Positions 24,748 to 37,569 of a stretch of DNA of 64,000 nt are shown one piece after another. Source of the DNA: Octopus bimaculoides (taxonomy: Eukaryota). The DNA lies in contig NC_068982.1 of NCBI RefSeq assembly GCF_001194135.2, positions 10,591,966 through 10,655,965 on the forward strand, read 5' to 3'. Both the position numbers and the translations under genes were made by a program. The notes beneath the pieces were generated by a model, which had not been told where the DNA came from, ran no database searches, and saw only the letters and a list, made by a program, of their open reading frames with translations. Numbering within the stretch: the first letter of the stretch is position 1; every line of letters starts with the position of its first letter.

Positions 24748-24927
24748 CATACATATATATATACGATGGGCTTCTTTCAGTTTCCGTCTACCAAATCCAC
24801 TAACAAGGCTTTAGTCGGCCCGAAGCTATAGTAGAAGACACTTGCCCAAGGTGCCACGTAGTGGGACTGAACCCAGAACCGTGTGGTTGGCAAGCAAGCT
24901 ACTTACCACACAGCCACTCCTGCGCCT
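24168..24927 (-). mobile_element. Full-length S2 SINE whose internal microsatellite coincides with an N gap
   Basis: Tail TCTTTACTCTTTTACTTGCTCCAGTCATTTGACTGC, head CTTACCACACAGCCACTCCTGCGCCT, and short flanking repeat ACAATA. Confidence 0.9.
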
Positions 24928-26469
24928 ACAATAGTAAACTTATGAATCTTTTATTCACAAAGAAGCAAAGGCATACACAAACCCGCACACACATACTCAA
25001 AATGAATGTGTCTATGTCTGATTATAGGACGTTTTTGTAGCGAATTCTACAGTTGAAGGGATATATTATTTGGAATTTCGATCTGTATTCACTGACTTTC
25101 TAAAAGCCTGCTTCACGTTGTCTTTTGTCTGTGCCTGAGGTCAATAAAAGAAATAGCAAACAGATTACTCAGATCGATATATTCGGCTTACGATGCTTGA
25201 AGGTTGCGTTTCAGCATGGCTGCATTCCAAACACCGAAACCAGTGTGAAGATTACCAAAATAATCACCTAGTGGCTATTATTTCTCGACCAGACTTAATT
25301 ATATATTGAATGACAAATAATTACCAAAAGAAAATATATTAACAAAATATGGAATAGAATCAAGAAAACTAAAATTCACTTGAAATCCTGACAAATTACA
25401 AATGAAATCTTTAAAATAGACTATTAGTAAAATAATGCAAATGTGTTTGATATATATATATATATGTATATANNNNNNNNNNNNNNNNNNNNNNNNNNNN
25501 NNNNNNNNNNNNNNNNNNNNNNNNNNNNNNNNNNNNNNNNNNNNNNNNNNNNNNNNNNNNNNNNNNNNNNNNNNNNNNNNNNNNNNNNNNNNNNNNNNNN
25601 NNNNNNNNNNNNNNNNNNNNNNATATATATATATATATATATAACATGGTAGAAGAATGACGTAATTGTGTCTGATTATAAATGTCTTAATGTATGCAAC
25701 TGTCTGCGTAATTTCCTGAGCTGCAATCAATACGAGTAAAAGTGAAGCGACAAACAACAGAACTGTTCTAGACATAGAAATGGAAAATAATATTATCCGG
25801 GGTGAGACAGAAAAATAAATATAAAAACATAGCACAAAATCAAGTCAGAAATACGTACGGGAAAGAAATATATAAACAAAATGCAAGGCTTTGTAANNNN
25901 NNNNNNGGGAAAGAAATATATAAACAAAATGCAAGGCTTTGTAAAATTTAAAATTATACATGAACTTAACTGAATTTTCTAAACAAAATTTTATCAAAAT
26001 GATGACTACAAGAACACATAATTTGTACTGCAAAGATTTTATCATATTATTAGATATGACATTTTATTCTTTCTACGTCAGTAAATGCAACGGCCGGGAA
26101 TTGGAATATATCTGGTGGGAATAATTCCCGCAATAAACTTTTGGTGTATCCAAGTATATTCCTTATCGGTTGTTAAACAAAATTACACATCAAGAATACA
26201 CCGCTTCGAAATTAACAACTTCTAAAATTTTGCAGAAAATGTGAAAAGAAAACTGTAAAATAACACATGGATATAAAACCTAGAATATATTACAAAACTC
26301 AACAAACATGAATATAGTAAAATTTAGAAGGTTAACACAATAAGAGCATATTGATTATCTGGAGACTAATGTAGTTGTCAATCAATTGCAAATAACAAAA
26401 TCCTTAGCTCACTGGATAATTATTATTTTTTCAAATATAAAGCTAATTATAATCTTAGATATTGATTTA

Positions 26470-26640
26470 AAATTTCTGGCACAAGGCCAGAATTGCACAG
26501 GAGGAAACAAGTCGATTATATCGACCCCAGTACTCAAATGGTACTTATTTTATCGACTCCAAAATGATGAAATGTAAAGTCAACCTCGGCAGAATTTGTC
26601 CTCGTAACGTTGATACAGACGAAATGTCACTGGCCGTCTT
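26470..26640 (-). mobile_element. S1 SINE (decayed)
   Basis: GGCACAAGGCCAG…TCGACCCCAGTACTC…GGTACTTATTTTATCGAC…CAACCTCGGCAGAATTTG. Confidence 0.75.
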
Positions 26641-27570
26641 AATTATAATCTTAAATATTATAAAATAATTACATAACTTTTTAAATATTTTCTAAATTTG
26701 AATAATAAGAATACATATCGATGCATTAACCTCAATAATTGACTTAATCGTGCAAAACTGATACAGAAAAAGTAATTATGCAAATCCGAACATCTATGTA
26801 ATTCCTTCTTATTGAAATCGTTTTGCTTGTTATAGATCTCAAGATTTATTACGTTTCATAAACCTCAAAAGAATATTAAAAGATTCTTCTAGAAAACCAA
26901 ACGTAAGTATCACATGGATCGATTATATAAAGACAGTGTATCTAATCGTTGATACTGGAATCGATGATTATTTTCAAAATTAACAACACTGGTTTCTGAA
27001 ACTATAGGAATTACTATACTCGGATGAAAATATGCCATTTTGAATCACTGCAACGGTGATATCCTTCGAAATATGAATATAATTCGAAGAATATTTCAAG
27101 AACAGACTCCTGTACTACGAACGATTTGTTTCGTTGCTTCAACGTCATGTACAAAACTACAGGCTTCACTGTAGGGAAGTTTGCACTAAAGGGCAAAGGA
27201 GCGGAAAGAAATAATCTCTTACGTAAGTATGTAACAGCTCAGATAAATCGTCAGAATTTAATCTGCAAATTGCAAAGCCTAAGTATTTCGAAACTGCCAT
27301 AAAGTTTATTCTTGACAAGTGTGCCAGAGTATCTACTTTACTATTATGGAGGAACTAATTTGCTATTAAATAGTGCAAGCAACTTTTATGTAAACTAGAA
27401 ATAGCTGAGGTAACCATTAGATTTCTCTTAAACATAAAATATACCATATATATTTTTAAAAAATACAACATACCATGCTGAAATAAAATATTGTACTAGC
27501 ATTATACTAAACAAATGTAAAAGGAGTTATCACTTGCTGGTGCTAGAAATAACCGTACCGTTAGTGGCTT

Positions 27571-27675
27571 CATTTAATTGAACAATGCAATCATTACATC
27601 AATTTAAATGCAGGGCTATCATCATCTGCTTTGTGCATTTAAATTGATGTAGTGATTGCATTGTTCAATTTAATG
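27571..27675. repeat. Near-perfect hairpin (42-bp arms, 21-nt loop)
   Basis: 27571-27612 versus 27634-27675 match at 40/42 positions, and one mismatch is a G.U pair. Confidence 0.9.
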
Positions 27676-27741
27676 GATACGCTCGAAACGGTCGTACTAC
27701 ACCACTACTTGATATCTTGTTGCTTATTTTGATTATACACA

Positions 27742-27779
<38 letters not shown>

Positions 27780-28268
27780 NNNNNNNNNNNNNNNNNNNNN
27801 NNNNNNNNNNNNNNNNNNNNNNNNNNNNNNNNNNNNNNNNNNNNNNNNNNNNNNNNNNNNNNNNNNNNNNNNNNNNNNNNNNNNNNNNNNNNNNNNNNNN
27901 NNNNNNNNNNNNNNNNNNNNNNNNNNNNNNNNNNNNNNNNNNNNNNNNNNNNNNNNNNNNNNNNNNNNNNNNNNNNNNNNNNNNNNNNNNNNNNNNNNNN
28001 NNNNNNNNNNNNNNNNNNNNNNNNNNNNNNNNNNNNNNNNNNNNNNNNNNNNNNNNNNNNNNNNNNNNNNNNNNNNNNNNNNNNNNNNNNNNNNNNNNNN
28101 NNNNNNNNNNNNNNNNNNNNNNNNNNNNNNNNNNNNNNNNNNNNNNNNNNNNNNNNNNNNNNNNNNNNNNNNNNNNNNNNNNNNNNNNNNNNNNNNNNNN
28201 NNNNNNNNNNNNNNNNNNNNNNNNNNNNNNNNNNNNNNNNNNNNNNNNNNNNNNNNNNNNNNNNNNNN

Positions 28269-28322
<54 letters not shown>

Positions 28323-28740
28323 TGTGTACTTGTATATATAAAATTTTCTTAAATTTATTTATACCTTATAAAAGTATATTACATTCTTACCTTATATATA
28401 TTGAAATTTCCTCTATCATTTATATTCAATTTAATCATTTATTAATCAAATTCTGTTTACCTATTCTTATTACCTCCAACCAATCTGAAAACCCCTCACG
28501 CGAACACATAAAAATACAAATCATAAGCAATATCATTCAGTCTGCTATAATGAATCCAGAAACACACATATAAAACATCTAATGTAATATCGTTTCCTCT
28601 CTGAAGATATTATGCTCAGGGCATATGAATTCAATATTTAATTGATTGAAACAGCTGTAAGGGATAATGATTGATTTGTTGTTGATAATAAACATTTATT
28701 AACTCCACAATCACCATTTTCGTTTTCTTCCTTTATTTGA

Positions 28741-28860
28741 ATATCAGTCGAAACGTTGTGTTAACAACAAACAAGATGAGGACAAATATCAGTCAAATGT
28801 AAATAATGTAAATAATGTAAATAATGTACATAATTCCTCATCTCTTAAATATAGAACTGT
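28741..28860 (+). mobile_element. 5'-truncated family A arm
   Basis: ATATCAGTCGAAACGTTGTGTTAACAACAAACAAGATGAGGAC…(GTAAATAAT)n…AATATAGAACTGT. Confidence 0.8.
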
Positions 28861-28861
28861 A

Positions 28862-29160
28862 TAGGTCCTAATGCTCCTAGCACAAAAGGAAATATCTTTT
28901 AATAATGGTTTTCCACATTCTTCTTAGTTCCACCTTCAAATTTACATAATTGGTAGTCTTTTTGAATTCTTTAACAGCTACATTATGGTCACCTGGAAAT
29001 GTTCTATCAATAATGAATAATTCCTGTATCTCTTTGACCACCAAATTGAATGTATGGTCCTACATGCTCGATCACTCTGTTTTTGACTCTCAAAATTTTT
29101 CTTCTCACCTCCTAGTTTTTATCCAGCAATATAGGCTTGTTTTTGCATTCATCGAATGAG
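28862..29160 (-). pseudogene. Relic of a restriction-like endonuclease (RLE) domain of an R4/Dong-type non-LTR retrotransposon
   Basis: NRVIEHVGPYI / ELFIIDRTFPGDHNVAVKEFKKTTNYVNLKVELRRMWKT / FVLGALGP, matching the RPDI…IIDxxxPxD.N…KE.EK..KY..L…LW…V.GALG pattern. Confidence 0.7.
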
Positions 29161-29419
29161 TCCTCCATCTGTCACTGCAGGGTTTTCTTCGGGGACACTT
29201 TTACAGCCTTGGAAGTTACTTGTTTCATTCTTTCTTTCAGATCCTTACAAGAATATGTGATTAGTATAGGGTTATTCCTTCCTTTGTGAGTTTATCATGA
29301 TTTGCACCTCTTCAAAATAACAGGAAACAACACTAGATTGACCACCAGATATTGTACGTTGTGATCCATCTGTCCAGGATGAATTAACCGCACACCTGGA
29401 CACCAACCCAGGCATTCTC

Positions 29420-29625
29420 ATGTACCCGTTGAGCATGCCAGATAAAATGCTTAGAAGCATATCTTCTGGCTTTACGTTCCGAGTTCAAATTTCGACAAGA
29501 TCGATGTTGCATTTCATCTTTTCGGGTTCGATAAAATAAGCTACCCGCCAAGAAATGGGAGACGAAATAATCGATAACCCACTACCCCCAGAATTTCAGG
29601 CCTTGTACCTATATTAATAGGATCA
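29420..29625 (+). mobile_element. S1 SINE (decayed) followed by (ATT)n(AGT)n
   Basis: AAAATGCTTAG…TTTACGTTCCGAGTTCAAAT…GAATTTCAGGCCTTGTACC. Confidence 0.7.
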
Positions 29626-29650
29626 GTATTATCATTATTATTATTATTAT

Positions 29651-29688
<38 letters not shown>

Positions 29689-30288
29689 AGTTTGCAATAC
29701 GTTATCTGTATAACACACCTAATTGTCCGTACGTTTCGTTTGCTTTAGCTTTGCCTTAAAAATCGAACCGTTTAATATTTCTTTGCCCTATTTTGTGGAT
29801 AAAGCAACCAGGATCTTGGAGAACTGGTCTATCCTCATGTTTTCGCCCTTCAGACTAGTTTCTTACTTTTTAATTCGGGAGTTATCCCTTTTTTAAATGA
29901 AAACTCAAAATATGGCGTCGAAATTTTTGTTAAGCTACTGTAGAGTCATAAAATGTGTTGGGAACGGCAAGTTTAACACAGTCTTTCCTATCTTAATCCA
30001 AAATATCATCGTCACCACTATTACAGCAAAAACAAAGGCTACAAAACATGCCAAAGAGAACAACATTAACCCATCAATTTCCACCACAACATACCGTGGT
30101 TGGTGGTATCGACCACAAAATTTCAACGAGAATAACAACACAAGCATTAACAACAGATAAAAAGCAAAACCGAGAGTACCACTACCACCATCATCGTTAC
30201 TACCACTGCTTCCTTTGCTCCAATTGTTAACATCATCAACAATAGCAATAACAGTAACAACAGGAAGAAAGCAATTAAGGAAAACAGT

Positions 30289-30561
30289 AAAGTTTATTTG
30301 CCAACGTAACGTTGAAATCCTGCGTGGGTCTATGTTACTACTTTTAACCCGAGGAAAACATCATTTTCCAGCTCGTTATCGACGCATGATCTGTGTTTGA
30401 GACCCACAACTACTACCACCAACACTACCATCCCATTACTCACAGTATGTCTCGGACACAGATCATGCGTCAATAACCAGCTGGAAAAGATGTTTTCCCA
30501 GGGTTAAAAGTAGTAACATATCCTATGCCGGACTACCACGTTATATTGGCAAATAAGCTTT
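30289..30561. repeat. Inverted repeat / MITE-like hairpin (~115-bp arms, 45-nt loop)
   Basis: 30289-30403 versus 30449-30561, e.g. TATGTTACTACTTTTAACCC / GGGTTAAAAGTAGTAACATA and GACGCATGATCTGTGT / ACACAGATCATGCGTC. Confidence 0.85.
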
Positions 30562-32298
30562 ACTATAGAGTACAGTTACTACGCAGATCTTATTCAGAGA
30601 TTTAAAACTAGGTTGTTGGGGGTTTTTTTCCTCCTAATTAAGCAAAGCATTATCCGGCAGCTGAAACGATCCTTCACCCATTATTTGCTGCTAATTCTAA
30701 ACACCACAACCACCACCACTACTAATTTGGTCGCCCAAGACAGTAGCAGCGCCACTACCGCAAACCAGTGAAATTGTACTTTAACTTCAACCGAAACGGC
30801 AACAGAAAGAAGTCAGAGGGTAAAATGTGGAACAGATACAACCACTTGGGAAACTAAATGCATTTAAATACCGTCAGACATTTTGTTCAGCCCTTGCGGT
30901 ATTACTAATCTACTGACTTTATAGCAATTATTAATTAATGTTTTTTTGAAATGTTAAAGTCTCATACGACATTCTATATTTTGAATGCAAAGTCAAAATG
31001 AATTTTATTGTTTTACTCATTTGTAGACGAAAAGACTTGTTTACATTTTTATAATTTTACCTACTGTATTTTTTGTGATATCGCTAAAGATTCAATAATA
31101 TGGAATAATTATTTTGAAATCATAAACGAAATATACATGTTTGTTTGTCCCTCTGTTTGGTCACAGACGAAATAATGGCTTATCGGGGTTTTGTAAATTC
31201 GATAGATTATAAACGCATGTAGAATATTATTATTTGTACAATACATGTCTTATACTTACACATAGACACACATGCAACCAGGCACAGACATATANNNNNN
31301 NNNNNNNNNNNNNNNNNNNNNNNNNNNNNNNNNNNNNNNNNNNNNNNNNNNNNNNNNNNNNNNNNNNNNNNNNNNNNNNNNNNNNNNNNNNNNNNNNNNN
31401 NNNNNNNNNNNNNNNNNNNNNNNNNNNNNNNNNNNNNNNNNNNNNNNNNNNNNNNNNNNNNNNNNNNNNNNNNNNNNNNNNNNNNNNNNNNNNNNNNNNN
31501 NNNNNNNNNNNNNNNNNNNNNNNNNNNNNNNNNNNNNNNNNNNNNNNNNNNNNNNNNNNNNNNNNNNNNNNNNNNNNNNNNNNNNNNNNNNNNNNNNNNN
31601 NNNNNNNNNNNNNNNNNNNNNNNNNNNNNNNNNNNNNNNNNNNNNNNNNNNNNNNNNNNNNNNNNNNNNNNNNNNNNNNNNNNNNNNNNNNNNNNNNNNN
31701 ATATATGCACACACGCAAATACATAAACGGAAGGATGGACGATTGGATTATGCGTTTGCTTATCTATCAATAAATCGTTAAATCAATACCCCTGACATCC
31801 TTTCACTGGGTTTCATCAAGTACAGTATATATCGATAAATTTCAATTGATCAAGACGTATCAAGTGTTTTGACTAAGTCATAACATTGTATTTGATGAAA
31901 AAAATAAATATCTGATATTGTTTATGAGACAAAAGATGTACGCAATGAAAACATCGAATACACATCAAAATCCATGTCTTTTTTTTTTTAGATTTCTAAA
32001 TGCTATTGCGTCCGATAATCATCTATGATTGACAAAACACCAACATTCGGTATCAACTATCTATATTTAGCTACGCAGCGTTATGTAGTAGTTAAAAATC
32101 TATCCGGAAAAATTCCAAGAGCAAAATTTAGCTTGCTATGTATAGATAACAGTCCAAACGCTGACGGGATATTTTCTGTCTGACATCAGATGTATATTCC
32201 GCTATTCCTTTAGATGTTTCATCCAACCGACTTTAGTCATGCAGGAATACCATCGTTTTTATGTCAGTAGATACAGACACACCAGTTATGTATATCCG

Positions 32299-32355
<57 letters not shown>

Positions 32356-32635
32356 TGTGTGTGTGTCTGTGTGTGTGTGTGTGTGTTCGCGTTTGTTTGT
32401 AAGCATGTAAGTGCCTGTGGTGTATATATATATATATTTATAGGAAGCGGGAGAGTTCGGTGATAAAATATTTGGCTATGTCGTCTTACACGTATTTCAT
32501 TTATAAAAAATGATTATCTATGTACTGTAAATTATATAAACCGATTTCATTGTCAAATCTTCGGAGACGCGCAACTCACATTTGTAATTGTGGATTAGAG
32601 ATAGTATAGCCATTACTGGCTCTGCAATACTATGG

Positions 32636-32638
32636 AGA

Positions 32639-32715
<77 letters not shown>

Positions 32716-32735
32716 ACAGCAGCAGCAGCAGTAAC

Positions 32736-32767
<32 letters not shown>

Positions 32768-32774
32768 CAGCAGC

Positions 32775-32842
<68 letters not shown>
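32636..32842. repeat. (AGT)n/(AGC)n microsatellite
   Basis: Visible directly. Confidence 0.95.
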
Positions 32843-32843
<1 letters not shown>

Positions 32844-32997
32844 TGTTTTCTATTGACAGGAAATCTTCAAATAAAACAGAATGACATACATACATGTTTG
32901 TAGTCTTGTTTTCTCATTTGATGCTCTTCGATTAGACGGTATGACGTGTAATTTCAAGATAATTTCATTGGTTATTTCTAGTTTCGATATCTCTCTC

Positions 32998-33290
32998 TGT
33001 AGCCTAGTGTTTAGGACGTTGCGCTTACGATCGCGAGATCGTGGTTTCAATTGCTAGACTGCGTTGCGCGTTGAGTTTTTGACCAAAACACATTTCATTT
33101 CATATTGCTCTGCTATTACTTTGACACCTAACGCATGGTAATCCGTGCCCCTGTTTAAGCAACGTCGATTTGATGGAGGACATGAGCTAATATACTGCAC
33201 ATATATTTGATCATTATAAACAAATCATTTGTGCAGGTCGTTCGTCAAAAGTTGAATGCTTATACGCCGTCTTCCAAGGCAGATAATCCA
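32998..33290 (+). mobile_element. tRNA-derived SINE of a third family
   Basis: A-box-like TGTAGCCTAGTGTT and B-box-like GGTTTCAATTGC, followed by a TGAGTTTTTGACCAAAACAC core-like segment. Confidence 0.5.
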
Positions 33291-33971
33291 TCATATTTTT
33301 ATTGAAAGCATACCAGCTGCTTTTGCCAAAACCTGAGTCTAAATATTTTGATATACCCTCTATTTTGAGATGGTACTATGTGACTTTTGTGAGGGAGAGG
33401 CTTGGCTTCTGATCTTACCAATCGATTTACCACACCAGCAAGTATGTATGTGTGTATGTGTGTACGCATGGGCCTGCCTGTGTTCATGGATATTAACAAA
33501 TGAATCCACGAGTTTTTAATAATGCACATTTTGAAAGGAATTTGGTAGACGTACTTTTTCAAAAGTATTCAGTTGCTTGATTACTTCGAGTTTGCATTGG
33601 AGTTGACTAAATGTAAACAGAATTTTTTAATGTGCTTCGGAATTTCATGCTAATAATGAATAATATCAATCAGAATAAATTCATAGATCTTTTCATGTTG
33701 TTCATTGAGCATTAGCAAATTGCTGAATGATAAAAAGGTTTCTTTCTTTCTGTGTAAAGTGTGTGTGTGTGTGTGTGTGAGCTTGCATGCATATATTAAC
33801 AATTGTCTGATTTTGTGATCAGTAGCTGTTCTCTCGTAAACGTTGTGACTAGAAGTGTGAATCGACTGCGCTCATGTGCAGTAATAAAACACTGTAAACC
33901 GTGATTCATTAGGAAATGTTAACCCCTATGTGCATCAACCACGCACACGCAGACAAACCTGTGTGTATGTA

Positions 33972-34046
<75 letters not shown>

Positions 34047-35617
34047 GTGGTATGCATGTGTGTATGTACATATATATATATATGTATGTATGCAATCATC
34101 TATGTATGTGTGTATATATGTAGGTGTGTTTTCACGTACGAACGAAATACAACATATACATGGACCAGATCTGTAAGAAAGTGTAAAAGTGTTTAAAGTT
34201 AAATATTAGTAACATTAGTCTTGCTTTAACCACTTCCAACACTTGGCATATAGGTAACCAAACGAAGGTCTGTTGTTGATGGACAGGACATTAAGTAATG
34301 GACATAAAACAAAATAAACACTTTGTTGACAAGGCTATCGGTACAATGACTTATACGCGCACACAAACATACATGTGGGAGTAGCCATTCATATGCACAC
34401 GTTTAGATATTTTTATGTGTGAGACACTACATGTGCGCGCGGTAGCGTGTGTGTATCTGTGTGTGTGTAAAGATTTTCATAAAAAGATCTTGAAGCGTCG
34501 TGTGAGTTGGTATATATAAGTATATTTTTCGTTTTAGAAATGAAGGAAATCTCGAACGCAAGAGGAATTGCTGTGAAGTACCTTTAGAAAACCGTGTAAA
34601 ATACCCTTATAGACAGGAGAATGTGGTCAACAACTTCTACAGAGAATCGAACATTATACCTAGCAAATTCTGGCTGAGCGCTCTACGTTGTTGAACGAAA
34701 CCATCTCTCGCAACAGATACCATATTTTATAAACAATAACAACAAAATGAAAATAAGGTGTGGTACAATGCACTTTTGGCGGTAAAAGTAACGTCGGATA
34801 TAAACAGAAATATGAGCAGTCATTGAAGTGAAAATAATAAGGAGTACAAAGACAACAAGTGTAAACAACCATACTCTATTAGAAAAAAAAGCGTGAAAAA
34901 ACCTAATTTCTACTTTCTAAATTTATAAATCTGTAATATATAAGAAACGTGGTTGAAAACAGTTGCTGAACACCGACACAACGAAAAATATACTTCTTCT
35001 GCTAAACGAAATATTAAAATATGCCCCTGTAGTAAGAGATGATATATCGTAGTTAAATGAAGGCATATGAAAAAATACCTTTATATTAACGAAAAATCTT
35101 GTGACTGTTGTTAATTTATATTTAGACTTAACACATTACATTGCCAAGAGCTCGTCAAATACAAGTTAATAAATTCTAAACCCATTGGGAATAACAATCG
35201 CCTTAAAAAGCGAAGAAGCAGCTAGAGACACGAGGCATAATGGAATTAATCTTTAGCTTCAAATGTGTGTGTTTATGAATGTGTTTATGTGTAACAAGTG
35301 GAAAAGAGTGCTTGTGACTCCAGACTCACCTACTTTCCTGTCATCTGTTGCGCTAATATTCAATGTAATTAACCAAAATATTCAGCTATTTGCTTCAAGC
35401 CGTCTAGAGCTTATTGCTCCTTTCGCTGGGTCTCAGACGATTTGTTTTTAAACATTCAATGCCTTGATCCTTGTTGGTAATCTCACACACGCTTTCACAT
35501 GCACTCTAGCAAACACCTTCGCTAATTTGATACCATGCATACATTACATATAAATGTGTGTGTTTCATTCATATGCGTTAACTACCACATTATAGCGCGT
35601 TAGCTCTTATATATATA

Positions 35618-35684
<67 letters not shown>

Positions 35685-36939
35685 AGTCATCAACAAGCTA
35701 ACATGAAAGTCCAGAAAAATAGGACGAATGCTGCCGCTGATTAGCTCCAAGAGGCTATCGCCTCTAGCTAGCTATGTAACACACAATCTTGTGTTCATTA
35801 CACCCTTCGAACAGGGCTATAATCAGCTTCCCTTGCTAGTTGAATGTCCACAGACTAGTTTCTGAGTATTTGCCCCTTATCAATGTCGAGTAACCGAACC
35901 CACCAAGCTTCGCCGTTGACTGTCTGTTCGAGGTTTTTTTTTTTATATATACTCAGTCGAGCACATCCACTGGTTTTCAAAAATAGAAATACTATTATTT
36001 CTAAATGTCTCTAAAGTATAATACGAAGTTAACCTTCGTCGGAATGAAACTAAAAACGTATGCGGAATATTGCTAAGTATTTTGTTTGACGCTGCAGTTA
36101 TCTGCCAATCCAGTGACTGACAGTGAGTAGTTAAAAAGAATAAGAATAAGAAAAAAGAAGATAAAATAAGAGACACGCAGAAAATCGAGTCCTCAGTTGG
36201 TGCAAAAGCGTTAAGAAATTTTAAACATGTAGAAATGAAACCTTTGCATGTTTAGATTTTATGATCCTCTTTAGTATAAAAAAAAGTAATAATTGCATAT
36301 AAAGGAAGTATAGCATTTAAAACATTAAGAAGAATTTCTAGTAATTCAGAAAAATTAACCAATTTTGTGATCCCGTTTAGTGACTGTCGAAGGGGCGTTA
36401 AACGTTTATTTCTGTCCTTTTATTAGTAATTTATCGACCCCAAAGCGTCGATAAATTATAATACTAACAATATACTAAACTCGATGGTATCGACTAAATC
36501 CTTAACCTAACAATCTGCTGACCTTGTGCCTGAACTGGAAACCGTAATCTTACTGAATCGTTATTTTATTTCTTTCCCTTAAGCGTTATATATTTCTATT
36601 TTTCTCTCATTCAAAATATTTCTTCACGTCTTATCTTTGTCCCCCAACGTTTTCCGAGGCATAAATATTGATAACATACACAAATTTCTCCCGTTGTTTC
36701 TCTCTCCCCTCTCTTTCTGTCTCTATATTTCTCTTTACAACACCATTGCTAACAACGCCTCACATTACAATTCTTATTCTCCTCTCTGTCGAACAATTTT
36801 ATCTTCCTTCCTCAAACTCTGCTTTGTTGCTCGGACTATCTTTTACACTTTCACTTTTTTCTCCATATCACCTTATATTTCACTGTTGTGTCGCATGCTT
36901 GCCTGTCACGCAAACTGATAATTGCTCGTTACTTCTCTC

Positions 36940-36994
36940 TCTCTCTCTCTCTATCTCGCTCTTTCACACACATACACACTCAAAACTTTCTCTC

Positions 36995-37084
<90 letters not shown>

Positions 37085-37240
37085 TCCCTCCCTCAGTCAA
37101 ACTTGTATTTGTCTATTAGCTGACTTTTTTTTAACACACTTTTCATTCACTTCACTCAACACCACCAGTTTTCCCTCCGGCATGACAAAAACGGGGGAAA
37201 AGAACTACCAACAGACATTCGAGATGCGAATTAGTTATTA

Positions 37241-37285
<45 letters not shown>

Positions 37286-37350
37286 TACACACACACACAT
37301 GCACACACACATGCACACACACACACACACACATACACACACACACACAC
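36940..37350. repeat. (CT)n and (CA)n microsatellites
   Basis: Visible directly. Confidence 0.9.
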
Positions 37351-37569
37351 AATTATTAACAAGGAGTGTAGAACAAGCGAGCTGTTTTATTACATAAATT
37401 TACTATTGTTTCATTGACATTCGAACTTGAGTATTGGTGTATTTATATACGCAACTAGAGGCTTAAACTGCATCAATATATTGTACACGTGTGTATGTGT
37501 GTATATATGCGTGCATGTGCATGTGTGTGCGTTTGTGTTTGTGTGTTCATGTGTGTTTGTGTACTATTA

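Noticed and set aside
25859-25945. 38-bp direct duplication around an 11-N gap
   Set aside because: Typical unmerged contig overlap, so an assembly artefact.
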